Of a DNA stretch of 64,000 bases, positions 9,151-17,475 are shown piece after piece; positions within the stretch are counted from its first letter, which is position 1, and every line of letters starts with the position of its first letter. This stretch comes from an uncultured Thermomicrobia bacterium (GTDB lineage Bacteria; Chloroflexota; Chloroflexia; Thermomicrobiales; JALYUS01). Under the pieces are notes generated by a model. The model searched no databases. It worked only from the letters and a program-made list of their open reading frames with translations, and was not told the DNA's origin. A program made the translations under genes and the position numbers. The stretch spans positions 82,115-146,114 of the forward strand of contig CALBSO010000109.1 in assembly GCA_937968015.1 (NCBI GenBank). Reading direction: 5' to 3'.

Positions 9151-9642
9151 GTGGCGACGGTAGATATTCAATTCCTCATTGACCGACTGGATGGCATGAT
9201 GCAGCAGAGCCGACGCAGTTTCATCGGCGGCAAAGTGCAGGTGGACGAGGGCGAGATGCAGCAGATCATTGATCAGATGCGCGCCTCGGTGCCGAACGAG
9301 ATCAAGCAGGCGCGCCGTGTCTTGCAGGAGCGCGAGAATATCATCAAGAGCGCGCAGGACGAGGCCGAGCAGATCGTCACATTTGCCAAGCAGCAGGCCG
9401 AATATCTGACGAGCGAGCACGGCCTCCTGCAGGAGGCGAAGATGCGCTCGGAGATGGTGCTGCGTGAGGCGAGTGACCAGAAAGAGATGGTGCTTACCGA
9501 CGCGCGCCGGTTCGCGCTCGATGCGATCATCAGTGTGGATGGCGTCCTCGAAGCGCTCGATCATGCCGTCGTCACGAATCAGCGCAATGTCCGCCGGGTG
9601 TTGGAGAGTCTGCAAGATCAACCAATGCCCGTGACACCGTAA
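9151..9642 (+). CDS. conserved coiled-coil protein (often auto-annotated 'ATPase subunit H/b-like'), function unknown
   Basis: 163 aa with heptad-rich text (IDQMRASVPNEIKQARRVLQERENIIKSAQDEAEQIV...). GTG start with AGAGGGGGCGGAG upstream. I recognise the general family only loosely. Confidence 0.6.
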   Translation: MATVDIQFLIDRLDGMMQQSRRSFIGGKVQVDEGEMQQIIDQMRASVPNEIKQARRVLQERENIIKSAQDEAEQIVTFAKQQAEYLTSEHGLLQEAKMRSEMVLREASDQKEMVLTDARRFALDAIISVDGVLEALDHAVVTNQRNVRRVLESLQDQPMPVTP

Positions 9643-9645
9643 CGA

Positions 9646-9674
9646 AGGACTGAGGGCTGAGGACCGAGGGGGCT
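9646..9674. repeat. degenerate tandem heptamers AGGRCYG x4
   Basis: AGGACTGAGGGCTGAGGACCGAGGGGGCTG, starting 4 nt after a TAA stop and ending 7 nt before the GTG at 9681. Confidence 0.75.
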
Positions 9675-9680
9675 GATTCC

Positions 9681-11042
9681 GTGCTGAGTGTTTCCCGTCG
9701 TCCGGTGTTTTGCCCGCGCTGGTATCTTCCCGTTTTTGTCCTCACAATTTTCCTGACCGCCTGTTCCGGGCCGGGGAGTGATCTGTCATCGCCCGATCCT
9801 GCGCGGGCGGCGACGGATACGGTCGCTCGCCCACCTGCCGCACCGACGGTAGCGCCAACCGCGCGCGGTTCAGCGTTCTTTCCCACCGCTGTCGCGACGA
9901 CAGCGCCGACGCGAACGGTTCCCGCGCCTTCGCCTGCCAGCACCGCGCCGATCCCCACCGCTCCATCCGCGACCCGTGTTGGCGCAAGCCCTGCGGCGAC
10001 GAGCGTCGCGACACCGCTGCCCGCCAACCCCACGATCCCGCCGAGCACCGGGCCGCTCCAACCAGCGTACCGCATCGCGTTCGTATCCAATAGCGCGGGC
10101 AGTGACGATATCTGGACGGTGGATCCGGATGGACGCCGCCTGACGAATCTCACCAAGGCGCAGAAAGCGAAAGGGAATGACAGCGACCCCCAATGGTCGC
10201 CCGACGGGAAGCGCATTGCCTTCGTCTCCGACCGTGATGGCAACGCCGACATCTGGGTGATGAATGTGGATGGCACGGGCGCGCGGAACCTGACGCATTC
10301 GCCGGGCGATGATCTTACCCCCCGCTGGTCGCCAGACGGCAAGCGGATCGCCTTTACGACCTTTCGGGACGGCGATGCCGAAATCTATCTGATGAACGCC
10401 GACGGCGCGGAGCAGACGAACCTCACGAAAGCGGACGGCGACGATCTGCAACCAGCGTGGTCGCCGGACGGCACGCAGATCGCCTTCGTTTCCGAGCGCG
10501 GTAAGCGGCCCCGCGCCCTCTATGCACTCAGTCTCGACGCGCCAAAGACGCCAGCGAAACTCGCTGCCCCACCCTGTGATTTGACAAGCCCCGTATGGTC
10601 GGCGGACGGCAAGACGATCGCCGTCGTCGGCTGCGTCGGCGCGAACGGGCAGGGGAATCCCGACCCGCTTCAACACGTCGTCTACATCGTGCCCGCCGGG
10701 GGGGGAGCGCTCGTGGCAGTCAGCGATCCGAAGGTGGAGAGCGGTGCACCCGCCTTTGCGCCGGACGGCAAGACGCTCGCATTCTGGTCATACCGAACGC
10801 CGCAGCAGGCGGACATCGTGCTGTTCACCCTCGGCGCGAATGCGCGCCGTGTCATTCAGGCGCCGCCGGGCGCCGGGCGCGAGCCGGCATGGTCTGTTGA
10901 TGGCGCGAGTATCGCATTCATCGGCGGCGATTTCACGATCGGCAATCTCATTGTCGTGGATGGATCGGGCCTAAGCCACAATATCACCAATCACGCCGCG
11001 AACGACCGCTCGCCGCGCTGGTCGCCACAGAAGTTGCCGTAG
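9681..11042 (+). CDS. TolB-like / PD40 (WD40-like beta-propeller repeat) lipoprotein
   Basis: Signal peptide with lipobox (FLTAC), a Pro/Ala/Thr-rich linker, then repeated SPDGKRIAF.S.RDGN.DIW..N.DG....NLT modules typical of PD40 repeats. Confidence 0.8.
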   Translation: MLSVSRRPVFCPRWYLPVFVLTIFLTACSGPGSDLSSPDPARAATDTVARPPAAPTVAPTARGSAFFPTAVATTAPTRTVPAPSPASTAPIPTAPSATRVGASPAATSVATPLPANPTIPPSTGPLQPAYRIAFVSNSAGSDDIWTVDPDGRRLTNLTKAQKAKGNDSDPQWSPDGKRIAFVSDRDGNADIWVMNVDGTGARNLTHSPGDDLTPRWSPDGKRIAFTTFRDGDAEIYLMNADGAEQTNLTKADGDDLQPAWSPDGTQIAFVSERGKRPRALYALSLDAPKTPAKLAAPPCDLTSPVWSADGKTIAVVGCVGANGQGNPDPLQHVVYIVPAGGGALVAVSDPKVESGAPAFAPDGKTLAFWSYRTPQQADIVLFTLGANARRVIQAPPGAGREPAWSVDGASIAFIGGDFTIGNLIVVDGSGLSHNITNHAANDRSPRWSPQKLP

Positions 11043-11104
11043 AGCAGCGGCGAGCAGGCGGTATGATGTTTCGGCGCAGTTCGTGATTGAGAAAGAAGGG
11101 AACG

Positions 11105-11953
11105 ATGACAGCGCAGCCAATGCCGACCACCGGATACGCGGATGTGCAGGGAGCGCGGCTGTACTATGAAGTCGCGGGCGTGGGGCATCCACTCATCATG
11201 CTCCATGCGGGGATCGCCAACCTGCACTTCTGGGATGAACAATGGGAGCCGTTTGCCCGCGCGTATCGCGTCGTCCGCTACGACATTCGGGGGTACGGGA
11301 AGTCCATCATGCCGCCGGGGCCATTCAATGTGCGGGACGATCTGCATGGGCTGATGGCGCATCTCGGTATCGAGCATGCGTATCTCATGGGGGCCTCGAT
11401 TGGCGGCGGCATCATCGTGGACTTCGCCCTTGAACACCCCGCGATGGTGGATGCGCTCATCCCCGTCGTGCCCGGTCTCAGCGGCGGTCCGCCGCCGACC
11501 GAGGAGGAGATGCGACAATTTCAGGAGATCGAGCGAATGATGACGGCGGCGCGGGAGGCCGGAAATCTCGATCTGGTGGATGAAATCACCGCCCGCCTCT
11601 GGGTGGATGGCCCGACTCGCACGCCGGAGCAGGTCAATCCCGCCATGCGGCGACGCGTGCTGCAGATGCTCCGTGACAATCGCGCTGCGGAGAGTGGGGA
11701 GGAAGAGCAGCCAGTGCGCCTCGATCCTCCCGCGCGGGGGAGGCTCGGCGAGATCGCGGCGCCGACGCTTGTTGTTCTGGGCGATGCAGACCTGCCGGGG
11801 ATTCTCGTGAACGGGGACATCCTCGCGCGTGACATTCCGGGGGCGCGGAAGGCCGTGATGCACGGCGCCGCGCATGCACCGAATATGGAGCAGCCCGAAG
11901 AATTCAACCGGATCGTGCTCAATTTCTTGCACGATGTGGAGTCCGCATCGTAG
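11105..11953 (+). CDS. alpha/beta hydrolase fold protein
   Basis: LIMLHAGIANLHFWD, RYDIRGYGKS and the nucleophile elbow LMGASIGGG are present. GAAGGG lies 4 nt before ATG 11105. Confidence 0.8.
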   Translation: MTAQPMPTTGYADVQGARLYYEVAGVGHPLIMLHAGIANLHFWDEQWEPFARAYRVVRYDIRGYGKSIMPPGPFNVRDDLHGLMAHLGIEHAYLMGASIGGGIIVDFALEHPAMVDALIPVVPGLSGGPPPTEEEMRQFQEIERMMTAAREAGNLDLVDEITARLWVDGPTRTPEQVNPAMRRRVLQMLRDNRAAESGEEEQPVRLDPPARGRLGEIAAPTLVVLGDADLPGILVNGDILARDIPGARKAVMHGAAHAPNMEQPEEFNRIVLNFLHDVESAS

Positions 11954-12009
11954 GGTAAACCCATACGATGAGCGAGACTGACGCCGCATGGATGCTGAGG
12001 AGGCAAGCA

Positions 12010-12909
12010 ATGGCGTTGCGAAGCGTGGGGATTCTCAGCCCCGGTGATATGGGGCACACTGTCGGTGCGGTTCTGCGGCAGCACGGCCTACGGATGCTTA
12101 CCTGCCTTGATGGGCGGAGTGCGCGCACCCACACGCTCGCCGCCGAAGCGGGTATCGAAGATGTGCCGACGGTGGAAGACCTCGTCGTCGCGGCGGATAT
12201 CGTGCTCTGTATCCTCGTGCCCGCCGAGGCGATGGGCGTCGCGCAGCGCGTCGCGAAGGCGATCCGAACGACGAACGCGGATGTCCTCTACGCGGATTGC
12301 AACGCGATCGCTCCGCGGACGGTGCGAGCGATAGGCGAGACGATCATCGGCGCGGGCGGGCGGTTCGCGGATGTCGGCATTATCGGTGGGCCACCGAAGC
12401 AGCCGGGCACGCGCTTCTATACCTCCGGCCCCGGTGCGGCGGGCTTCGCGGCGCTCAATGCCTACGGTCTCGACGTGCGTGTCCTCGACGGCGATATCGG
12501 CCAGGCATCCGGCCTGAAGATGTGCTACGGCGCTCTGACGAAGGGCTTGCAGGCGCTCGGCGCCGAACTGCTCGTCGCCGCCAAACTGATGGGGCTGGAA
12601 GAGACGCTCCGCGCCGAACAGGAACAGAGCACACCGGATGTGCTCGGCTGGCTCCAACGCTCCCTCCCAACGATGCCGCCGAAGGCGTACCGATGGGTTG
12701 GTGAGATGGAAGAGATCGCCGCGACATTCGCCAGCCTCGGCATGACCCCACGCATCTTTCAGGGCGCGGCGGACCTCTACCGCTTCATCGCGGAGACGCC
12801 GATCGGCAAGGAATCACCGGAAACGCGCGACCGCAATCGTGGCGCCGATGGCGTCATCGCCGCGCTCGCTGATGCATTACCGAGCGAGACGACCGCGATG
12901 AGCAAATAG
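12010..12909 (+). CDS. NAD(P)-binding 6-phosphogluconate-dehydrogenase-like oxidoreductase (DUF1932-type C-terminus)
   Basis: VGILSPGDMGHTVGAVL is a Rossmann GxGxxG-like N-terminus, and the C-terminal part resembles the DUF1932 helical domain. GAGGAGG lies 6 nt before ATG 12010. Confidence 0.65.
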   Translation: MALRSVGILSPGDMGHTVGAVLRQHGLRMLTCLDGRSARTHTLAAEAGIEDVPTVEDLVVAADIVLCILVPAEAMGVAQRVAKAIRTTNADVLYADCNAIAPRTVRAIGETIIGAGGRFADVGIIGGPPKQPGTRFYTSGPGAAGFAALNAYGLDVRVLDGDIGQASGLKMCYGALTKGLQALGAELLVAAKLMGLEETLRAEQEQSTPDVLGWLQRSLPTMPPKAYRWVGEMEEIAATFASLGMTPRIFQGAADLYRFIAETPIGKESPETRDRNRGADGVIAALADALPSETTAMSK

Positions 12910-12917
12910 GTGACCGG

Positions 12918-12950
12918 TTTGGTGGAGCAGGCTGCAGCCTGCTCCACCGG
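12918..12950. terminator. 28-nt perfect palindrome GGTGGAGCAGGCTGCAGCCTGCTCCACC (REP-like, bidirectional terminator candidate)
   Basis: A perfect 12-bp stem with a TGCA centre lies between convergent genes ending at 12909 and 12968. It shares 24 of 29 nt with 54901-54929. Confidence 0.75.
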
Positions 12951-12967
12951 AAAGCGTTCCGTTGTCG

Positions 12968-13693
12968 TTATGGCTCTGGAAGGTCGAGCGCGTGCAGATC
13001 GCGTTCGTATTGCTGCATCATCGCACTCATCGTGCGGTCCATGAACTCGACGACATCGGTGAAGATACGCCCCGCGCGCGCGGAGGAGATCGCGCCCTGG
13101 TCGAGAAACTGGATGACGCCCTGGATGATCGGCGTACGTGCGCGGAGATAGATCTGCACGGCGTCACTGATGCCGAAGCCGTGACGCGCGCTATCTCGCC
13201 CGTACTCGCGGGCAATCTCGCATGCGTCGGCGAGAATCTCTCCCCGATCGGCGCGGCCCGAGACATAGCGGACGGCGAGATCTACCATCGCTAATCCGCG
13301 CCGTCGGTGCTCCGCGAGTCCTTCTGCGTCGAACTCGCTGTACCACGGCCGCTGGCGGACATCCATCACATAATGATCGTGCTCGTACTGCGAGAGTGAG
13401 GCTTCTGTGAGCGCCTGCTTGCTGATGCGGCGACGCGGCCGGGAGGTGCCCTTCGCGAGGGTGAGTACATCATCCTCGTTGTAGCGCCGGTGGCCGCCGG
13501 GGGTGAGGAAAACGGGCACCTTGCCGGCATCGCTCCACCGCCGCAACGTGGACTGATCAACGCCAAGCAGCGAGCAGGCGTCGCGGATGGTTAGCCACCG
13601 CCGCTCACCTTGTCCGATCTGCTCGCCGCTGTGCGTTCGTTCGTCTCCTCGCACCGGCTCACCATACTCGCAATAATTCTCGGTAAATCTCAT
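12968..13693 (-). CDS. helix-turn-helix (excisionase/MerR-superfamily HTH_17) regulator with RsbRD-N-like sensory domain
   Basis: WLTIRDACSLLGVDQSTLRRWSDAGKVPVFLTPGGHRRYNEDDV is the excisionase-type HTH. The C-terminal approximately 150 aa is helical, and its assignment to an RsbR-like domain is tentative. The start (TTG 13696 or ATG 13693) is uncertain. Confidence 0.7.
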   Translation of the reverse strand: MRFTENYCEYGEPVRGDERTHSGEQIGQGERRWLTIRDACSLLGVDQSTLRRWSDAGKVPVFLTPGGHRRYNEDDVLTLAKGTSRPRRRISKQALTEASLSQYEHDHYVMDVRQRPWYSEFDAEGLAEHRRRGLAMVDLAVRYVSGRADRGEILADACEIAREYGRDSARHGFGISDAVQIYLRARTPIIQGVIQFLDQGAISSARAGRIFTDVVEFMDRTMSAMMQQYERDLHALDLPEP

Positions 13694-13887
13694 CAAAACT
13701 GGCGCGTTCCACCATCAAGCGTAGCACGCTTTTTGAGTGCGTCAACGCTGGTACGTGGCGGTGTGGTCATACTCCGGCGTGGCGGTCTCTGTTCATGGGC
13801 CATCCGGCAATAGATGCCTGCAATGTGCTTACTGACAGAGAAGCAATCTGCATGACACCGCTCGCGTACCTCATGCGATTCCATCTA

Positions 13888-13916
13888 TTGCGTGTGTGTT
13901 TTTCGTATGGTATAAC
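13888..13916 (+). promoter_or_regulatory. sigma-70-type promoter for the marR-MBL operon (TTGCGT-17-TATAAC with TGg extension)
   Basis: TTGCGT at 13888-13893, a 17-nt spacer ending in TGG, and TATAAC at 13911-13916, in an AT-richer divergent intergenic region. Confidence 0.6.
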
Positions 13917-13919
13917 AAT

Positions 13920-13931
13920 CTACGTACGTAG
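13920..13931. promoter_or_regulatory. perfect 12-bp palindrome CTACGTACGTAG at the predicted transcription start (operator candidate)
   Basis: Read directly. It begins 4 nt after the -10 hexamer and contains the TACGTACG core seen at three other promoter regions. Confidence 0.6.
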
Positions 13932-14050
13932 TTGCTGAAGATAGATATGGTACTCCCGTTACCCTGAACATTTGCCTCATCGCAGTGTCTTATGTCATGT
14001 TCAGTGCCATGGTGGAGAATGGGTCTCGTAGATAAAAAGGAGTTCGGGAA

Positions 14051-14509
14051 ATGGCAACGCGATCAACAACCAAGTCCCAGGAAATCGTCCAATCGCTGCG
14101 TTCGATCATCACCCGCGTGACGGGTGATGCGAGCGGCGCGTGGATGGATCTCGATGTGACCATGCCGCAGATGAAAGTGCTCATGCTGCTGCGGGAGAAC
14201 GGCGCGCTCAGGGTTGGCGTGCTCGCGCGGCACCTGACCGTTTCGACGCCGACGATTACGGGCATCGTTGATCGGCTCGTGCGTCAGGAACTCGTCCGGC
14301 GTGAAGATGATCCATCCGACCGGCGAGTTGTCCTCAATGTGCTGACCCCGAAGGGAGAGCACTTGATGGAGCGGCTGCGCCATCGCAGCGACGACGAACT
14401 GACGCGGATCGTTGGTGGCCTCACCGCGCAGGAGCAGACCGATCTGGGGCGCGCACTCAAGCGGCTCGAAGAAGCAATCGGCGGCCAAACCAGTGTCGCG
14501 GCCGGTTGA
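14051..14509 (+). CDS. MarR family transcriptional regulator
   Basis: LDVTMPQMKVLMLLRENGALRVGVLARHLTVSTPTITGIVDRLVRQELVRREDDPSDRRVV is a winged-helix MarR core. AAAAGGAG SD is present. Confidence 0.9.
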   Translation: MATRSTTKSQEIVQSLRSIITRVTGDASGAWMDLDVTMPQMKVLMLLRENGALRVGVLARHLTVSTPTITGIVDRLVRQELVRREDDPSDRRVVLNVLTPKGEHLMERLRHRSDDELTRIVGGLTAQEQTDLGRALKRLEEAIGGQTSVAAG

Positions 14510-14598
14510 GCAATGAGTGGGCGCCCTCCGGGCAGGAAGCGATGAGCAATGCGTGGGCAGATGCCCGAACCAATGCACAGTACTCATTGCTCATTGCT
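14508..14598. repeat. AGCAATG heptamers (14509-14517, 14545-14551) with two inverted units (14585-14598)
   Basis: tGAGCAATGAG ... GATGAGCAATGCG ... ACTCATTGCTCATTGCTTC. The marR TGA stop lies inside the first unit. Confidence 0.85.
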
Positions 14599-14609
14599 TC
14601 GGTATCCGC

Positions 14610-15386
14610 GTGGCAACGCTGACCTTTCTTGGTACCGGGACGTCCACAGGTGTCCCAGTGATTGGACGGATCAGCCGCGCGAGCGAATCGGATGATCCCC
14701 GCGATTGCCGTACCCGCTGTTCGGTGTGGATTCGGTTCGCGGATAACACCGACCTCTTGATTGACACCTCACCGGAGTTGCGGCTGCAGGCGCTGGCCGT
14801 TGGTCTGACGCATGTGGACGCCGTCCTCTTCACCCACGCGCATGCCGATCACACCGCCGGGTTGGACGACATGCGCGCCTTCAATTCCCTCCAGCAGGAA
14901 GTAATCCCGGTCTACGCGGACGCAACGGTGGAAGCGGCGTTGCATCAGCGCTTCGCCTATATTTTCGATGACCCGCCACTGCCGTTTTTCGGTGGCAAGC
15001 CCGCTCTCGCGCTCCATCGCATTGACGGCCCCTTCGCGATCAATGGTCATGCGGTCGTCCCCATTCCGGTGCCGCACGGGCGTACGACCGTCCTCGGCTT
15101 CCGGTTCGGGCGATTCGCGTATGTGACGGACGCCGCGCAGGTGCCACCCGTCGCGCGCGATCTCCTGCGCGGGCTTGACCTACTCGTCCTCAACGCGCTC
15201 CGCGAGCGTCCGCACCCGGTACATCTCAGTATTGCCGAGGCGCTTGAAGTGATCGCGGACGTGGGGCCGAAACACGCCTACCTCACGCACATGAGCGACG
15301 ATGTGTTGCACGCCGAGGACGACGCCAAACTGCCCTCTGGCGTCCATTTCGCATTCGACGGCTTGCATGTGGAGGTCGCTGAGTAA
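14610..15386 (+). CDS. MBL-fold metallo-hydrolase (PhnP-like)
   Basis: LTFLGTGTSTGVP and FTHAHADHTAGLDD (HxHxDH) are present. GTG 14610 is preferred because the track start at 14517 would translate through the heptamer hairpin at 14509-14598. Confidence 0.8.
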   Translation: MATLTFLGTGTSTGVPVIGRISRASESDDPRDCRTRCSVWIRFADNTDLLIDTSPELRLQALAVGLTHVDAVLFTHAHADHTAGLDDMRAFNSLQQEVIPVYADATVEAALHQRFAYIFDDPPLPFFGGKPALALHRIDGPFAINGHAVVPIPVPHGRTTVLGFRFGRFAYVTDAAQVPPVARDLLRGLDLLVLNALRERPHPVHLSIAEALEVIADVGPKHAYLTHMSDDVLHAEDDAKLPSGVHFAFDGLHVEVAE

Positions 15387-15470
15387 CAAGTAGCGAGTAA
15401 CGAGTGACAAGTCCGAGATGTATACCTCTCTGTGTTGTTACTTTTACCTCGTTAATCGCTGCTTGCTACT
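15382..15470. repeat. tandem heptamers AGTRRCR x4 (15382-15409) with inverted imperfect copy (15447-15470)
   Basis: gAGTAACAAGTAGCGAGTAACGAGTGACAAGT versus CCTCGTTAATCGCTGCTTGCTACT (20 of 24 complementary). The stops of both convergent genes lie inside the arms. Confidence 0.85.
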
Positions 15471-17475
15471 GCCCGTACCGCCATGCGACATAATGTTGGC
15501 CAACATTGCCCATCTCGACCTTGAATGGGTCCGGGTTGCTGGGTGTGTAGGTGAGGACACGCCGCTCGAAGGCCTGCACCAGCACGGTATTCGCCACGCC
15601 ACCCACGGTTGCCGTCATCCAGTATGCCTCGGTGATGGGCAGGCCGACGACAAAGAACGTCGGATCAAAGAGCGGCCCGTCCACGGGTTGCCCGTTCTGA
15701 ACCGTGATGCCGGTGCTGTTCAGATATTGCCAGAAGACGGAGGCGACCGTGTGATTCGTCTCTTTGATGAAGGTCGCTGTCGTGACGCCCGTCGCGTCGC
15801 CACTCGTCGCCGTGCCGATTGAGCCGTCCGGGCGGACCTGCTCGGTAATCGTGCTGCCAATAGCACGCGGCGGGGCGGCGCGTACGCCGTTCATCGTCGC
15901 GTAGGTAATCGCGTTTGGTACACCGGGATCACCGGCAACAGCGACGGCGGCGGGCGCACGGGTCTCGCGGGTCACGTCGCCTGTCTGAATTTGCCCTGAG
16001 ACCAACTCATTGACGAGCAGACCACTAGTGATCTGCCCGGTTTGTGGGTTGTTCAATTCCAGACGACCCTTGTCGAAGTACCAGACCTGACGCAGGCCAA
16101 CCGGCGCATCGGTGTAGGCCTCGATGCGATTGCTATTCACCTGCGGCCCCCAGATGAAACCCCGCTTCACCGCACCGGAGAGGACGGGGCCGTCGTAGCG
16201 ATTGTAGGTCGTGGCGTACGGCGGTGGGCTTGATTGCGGCGTAGGCGAAGCCGTGACCTGGGCTACCTGAACCGCCTTCCCCGCGTCTACAAGGCCCGCG
16301 CCCGATTGCTGATCGGGGCCGGGCGCGCCGATGTCGCGCGCCGTGTTTTTGAGGATGACCAGCGCCTCTTCCTGTCTGAGACCGGGCCGTACACTCTGCA
16401 TCAGCGCGACGATGCCGGAGACAATCGGTGCGGAAAATGATGTGCCGGAGGTTGCGAGAATGTCGTTACTCAACTCAGGAAGGAAGAAGGGGATATTCAC
16501 GCCGGGCGCCGCCACATCCACCTTATTCACGATCGAAGTGAAACTGGCTGGGTTGTTGTTCTCGTCTGATGCGCCGACAGTGATGACGTTCGCGTCGTCC
16601 GCCGGAAAATCCCGCTCGTGCGGGTCATTGCCCGCCGCCGTGACGACAGTCACGTTTTTCGAGCGCGCGTAGCCGATCGTGCGCGCGAGTGTGTCGGAAT
16701 AATCCGTGCCACCAATGCTCAGGTTAATCACGGTCGCACCGTGATCTGTCGCCCAAGCAACGCCGTTCGCGACCGCCCGCGCGTCCCCGTTGCCATCCTT
16801 ATCAATCGTCTTGATGGGCATTACCTTGATGTTCCATGCCACACCCGCCTGCCCGACGCCGTCATTGCCGCGTGCCGCGATGAGGAGGCTTACCTTTGTG
16901 CCATGCTGGATGTCCGAATCATCATTCACATTCGTTGTGCCATCAATACTATTGAATCCGGGCACAATCCGACCGCGAAGATCGGGATGATTCAGAAAGA
17001 CTCCCGAGTCAAGAACGGCAACGGTGACATTCGGCGACCCGGTGGTGATGTCCCACGCCGGCTCGAGATTGACGCTGCGCGTCCAGTATTCGCGCGCGTA
17101 CAACGGGTCGTTCGGAACTTGCATGATGTGCATGCGGTAGTTCGGTTCGACCGCTCCAACCCGTGGATCGGCAAGCAGGCGCGCGTACGTTTCCCGCTCT
17201 TCGGTCGGGCTTGTTCGTTCCTCGTAGCCATTTGCCGCTTTGAGATGGACGAGTGTGTCGGTGCCATTCAGATGTACGACTGGCGCGGTTGTGTTGTTGA
17301 GTGTGACGAGCAATGATCCCGGAACATGATCCCGCGCGAAGGGATCGAGCGCCCTGACTACGTGCGATGCCGGTATTGGTGTGTTGGCGAGCGCGCCGAC
17401 GGGAAAGAGGAGGCCGAAAACGAGCACGAGCGCGATGAACGCCGTCACCCGAAGGCGAACACGAATCACGCACAC
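15466..17475 (-). CDS. secreted subtilisin-like serine protease (peptidase S8) with C-terminal repeat modules
   Basis: Signal peptide, and the Asp/His/Ser triad contexts AVLDSGV, HGTKV and GTSFSAPIVSG. The approximately 270-aa C-terminal extension ends in AFERRVLTYTP...VEMGNVG. Confidence 0.9.
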   Translation of the reverse strand: MCVIRVRLRVTAFIALVLVFGLLFPVGALANTPIPASHVVRALDPFARDHVPGSLLVTLNNTTAPVVHLNGTDTLVHLKAANGYEERTSPTEERETYARLLADPRVGAVEPNYRMHIMQVPNDPLYAREYWTRSVNLEPAWDITTGSPNVTVAVLDSGVFLNHPDLRGRIVPGFNSIDGTTNVNDDSDIQHGTKVSLLIAARGNDGVGQAGVAWNIKVMPIKTIDKDGNGDARAVANGVAWATDHGATVINLSIGGTDYSDTLARTIGYARSKNVTVVTAAGNDPHERDFPADDANVITVGASDENNNPASFTSIVNKVDVAAPGVNIPFFLPELSNDILATSGTSFSAPIVSGIVALMQSVRPGLRQEEALVILKNTARDIGAPGPDQQSGAGLVDAGKAVQVAQVTASPTPQSSPPPYATTYNRYDGPVLSGAVKRGFIWGPQVNSNRIEAYTDAPVGLRQVWYFDKGRLELNNPQTGQITSGLLVNELVSGQIQTGDVTRETRAPAAVAVAGDPGVPNAITYATMNGVRAAPPRAIGSTITEQVRPDGSIGTATSGDATGVTTATFIKETNHTVASVFWQYLNSTGITVQNGQPVDGPLFDPTFFVVGLPITEAYWMTATVGGVANTVLVQAFERRVLTYTPSNPDPFKVEMGNVGQHYVAWRYGQ

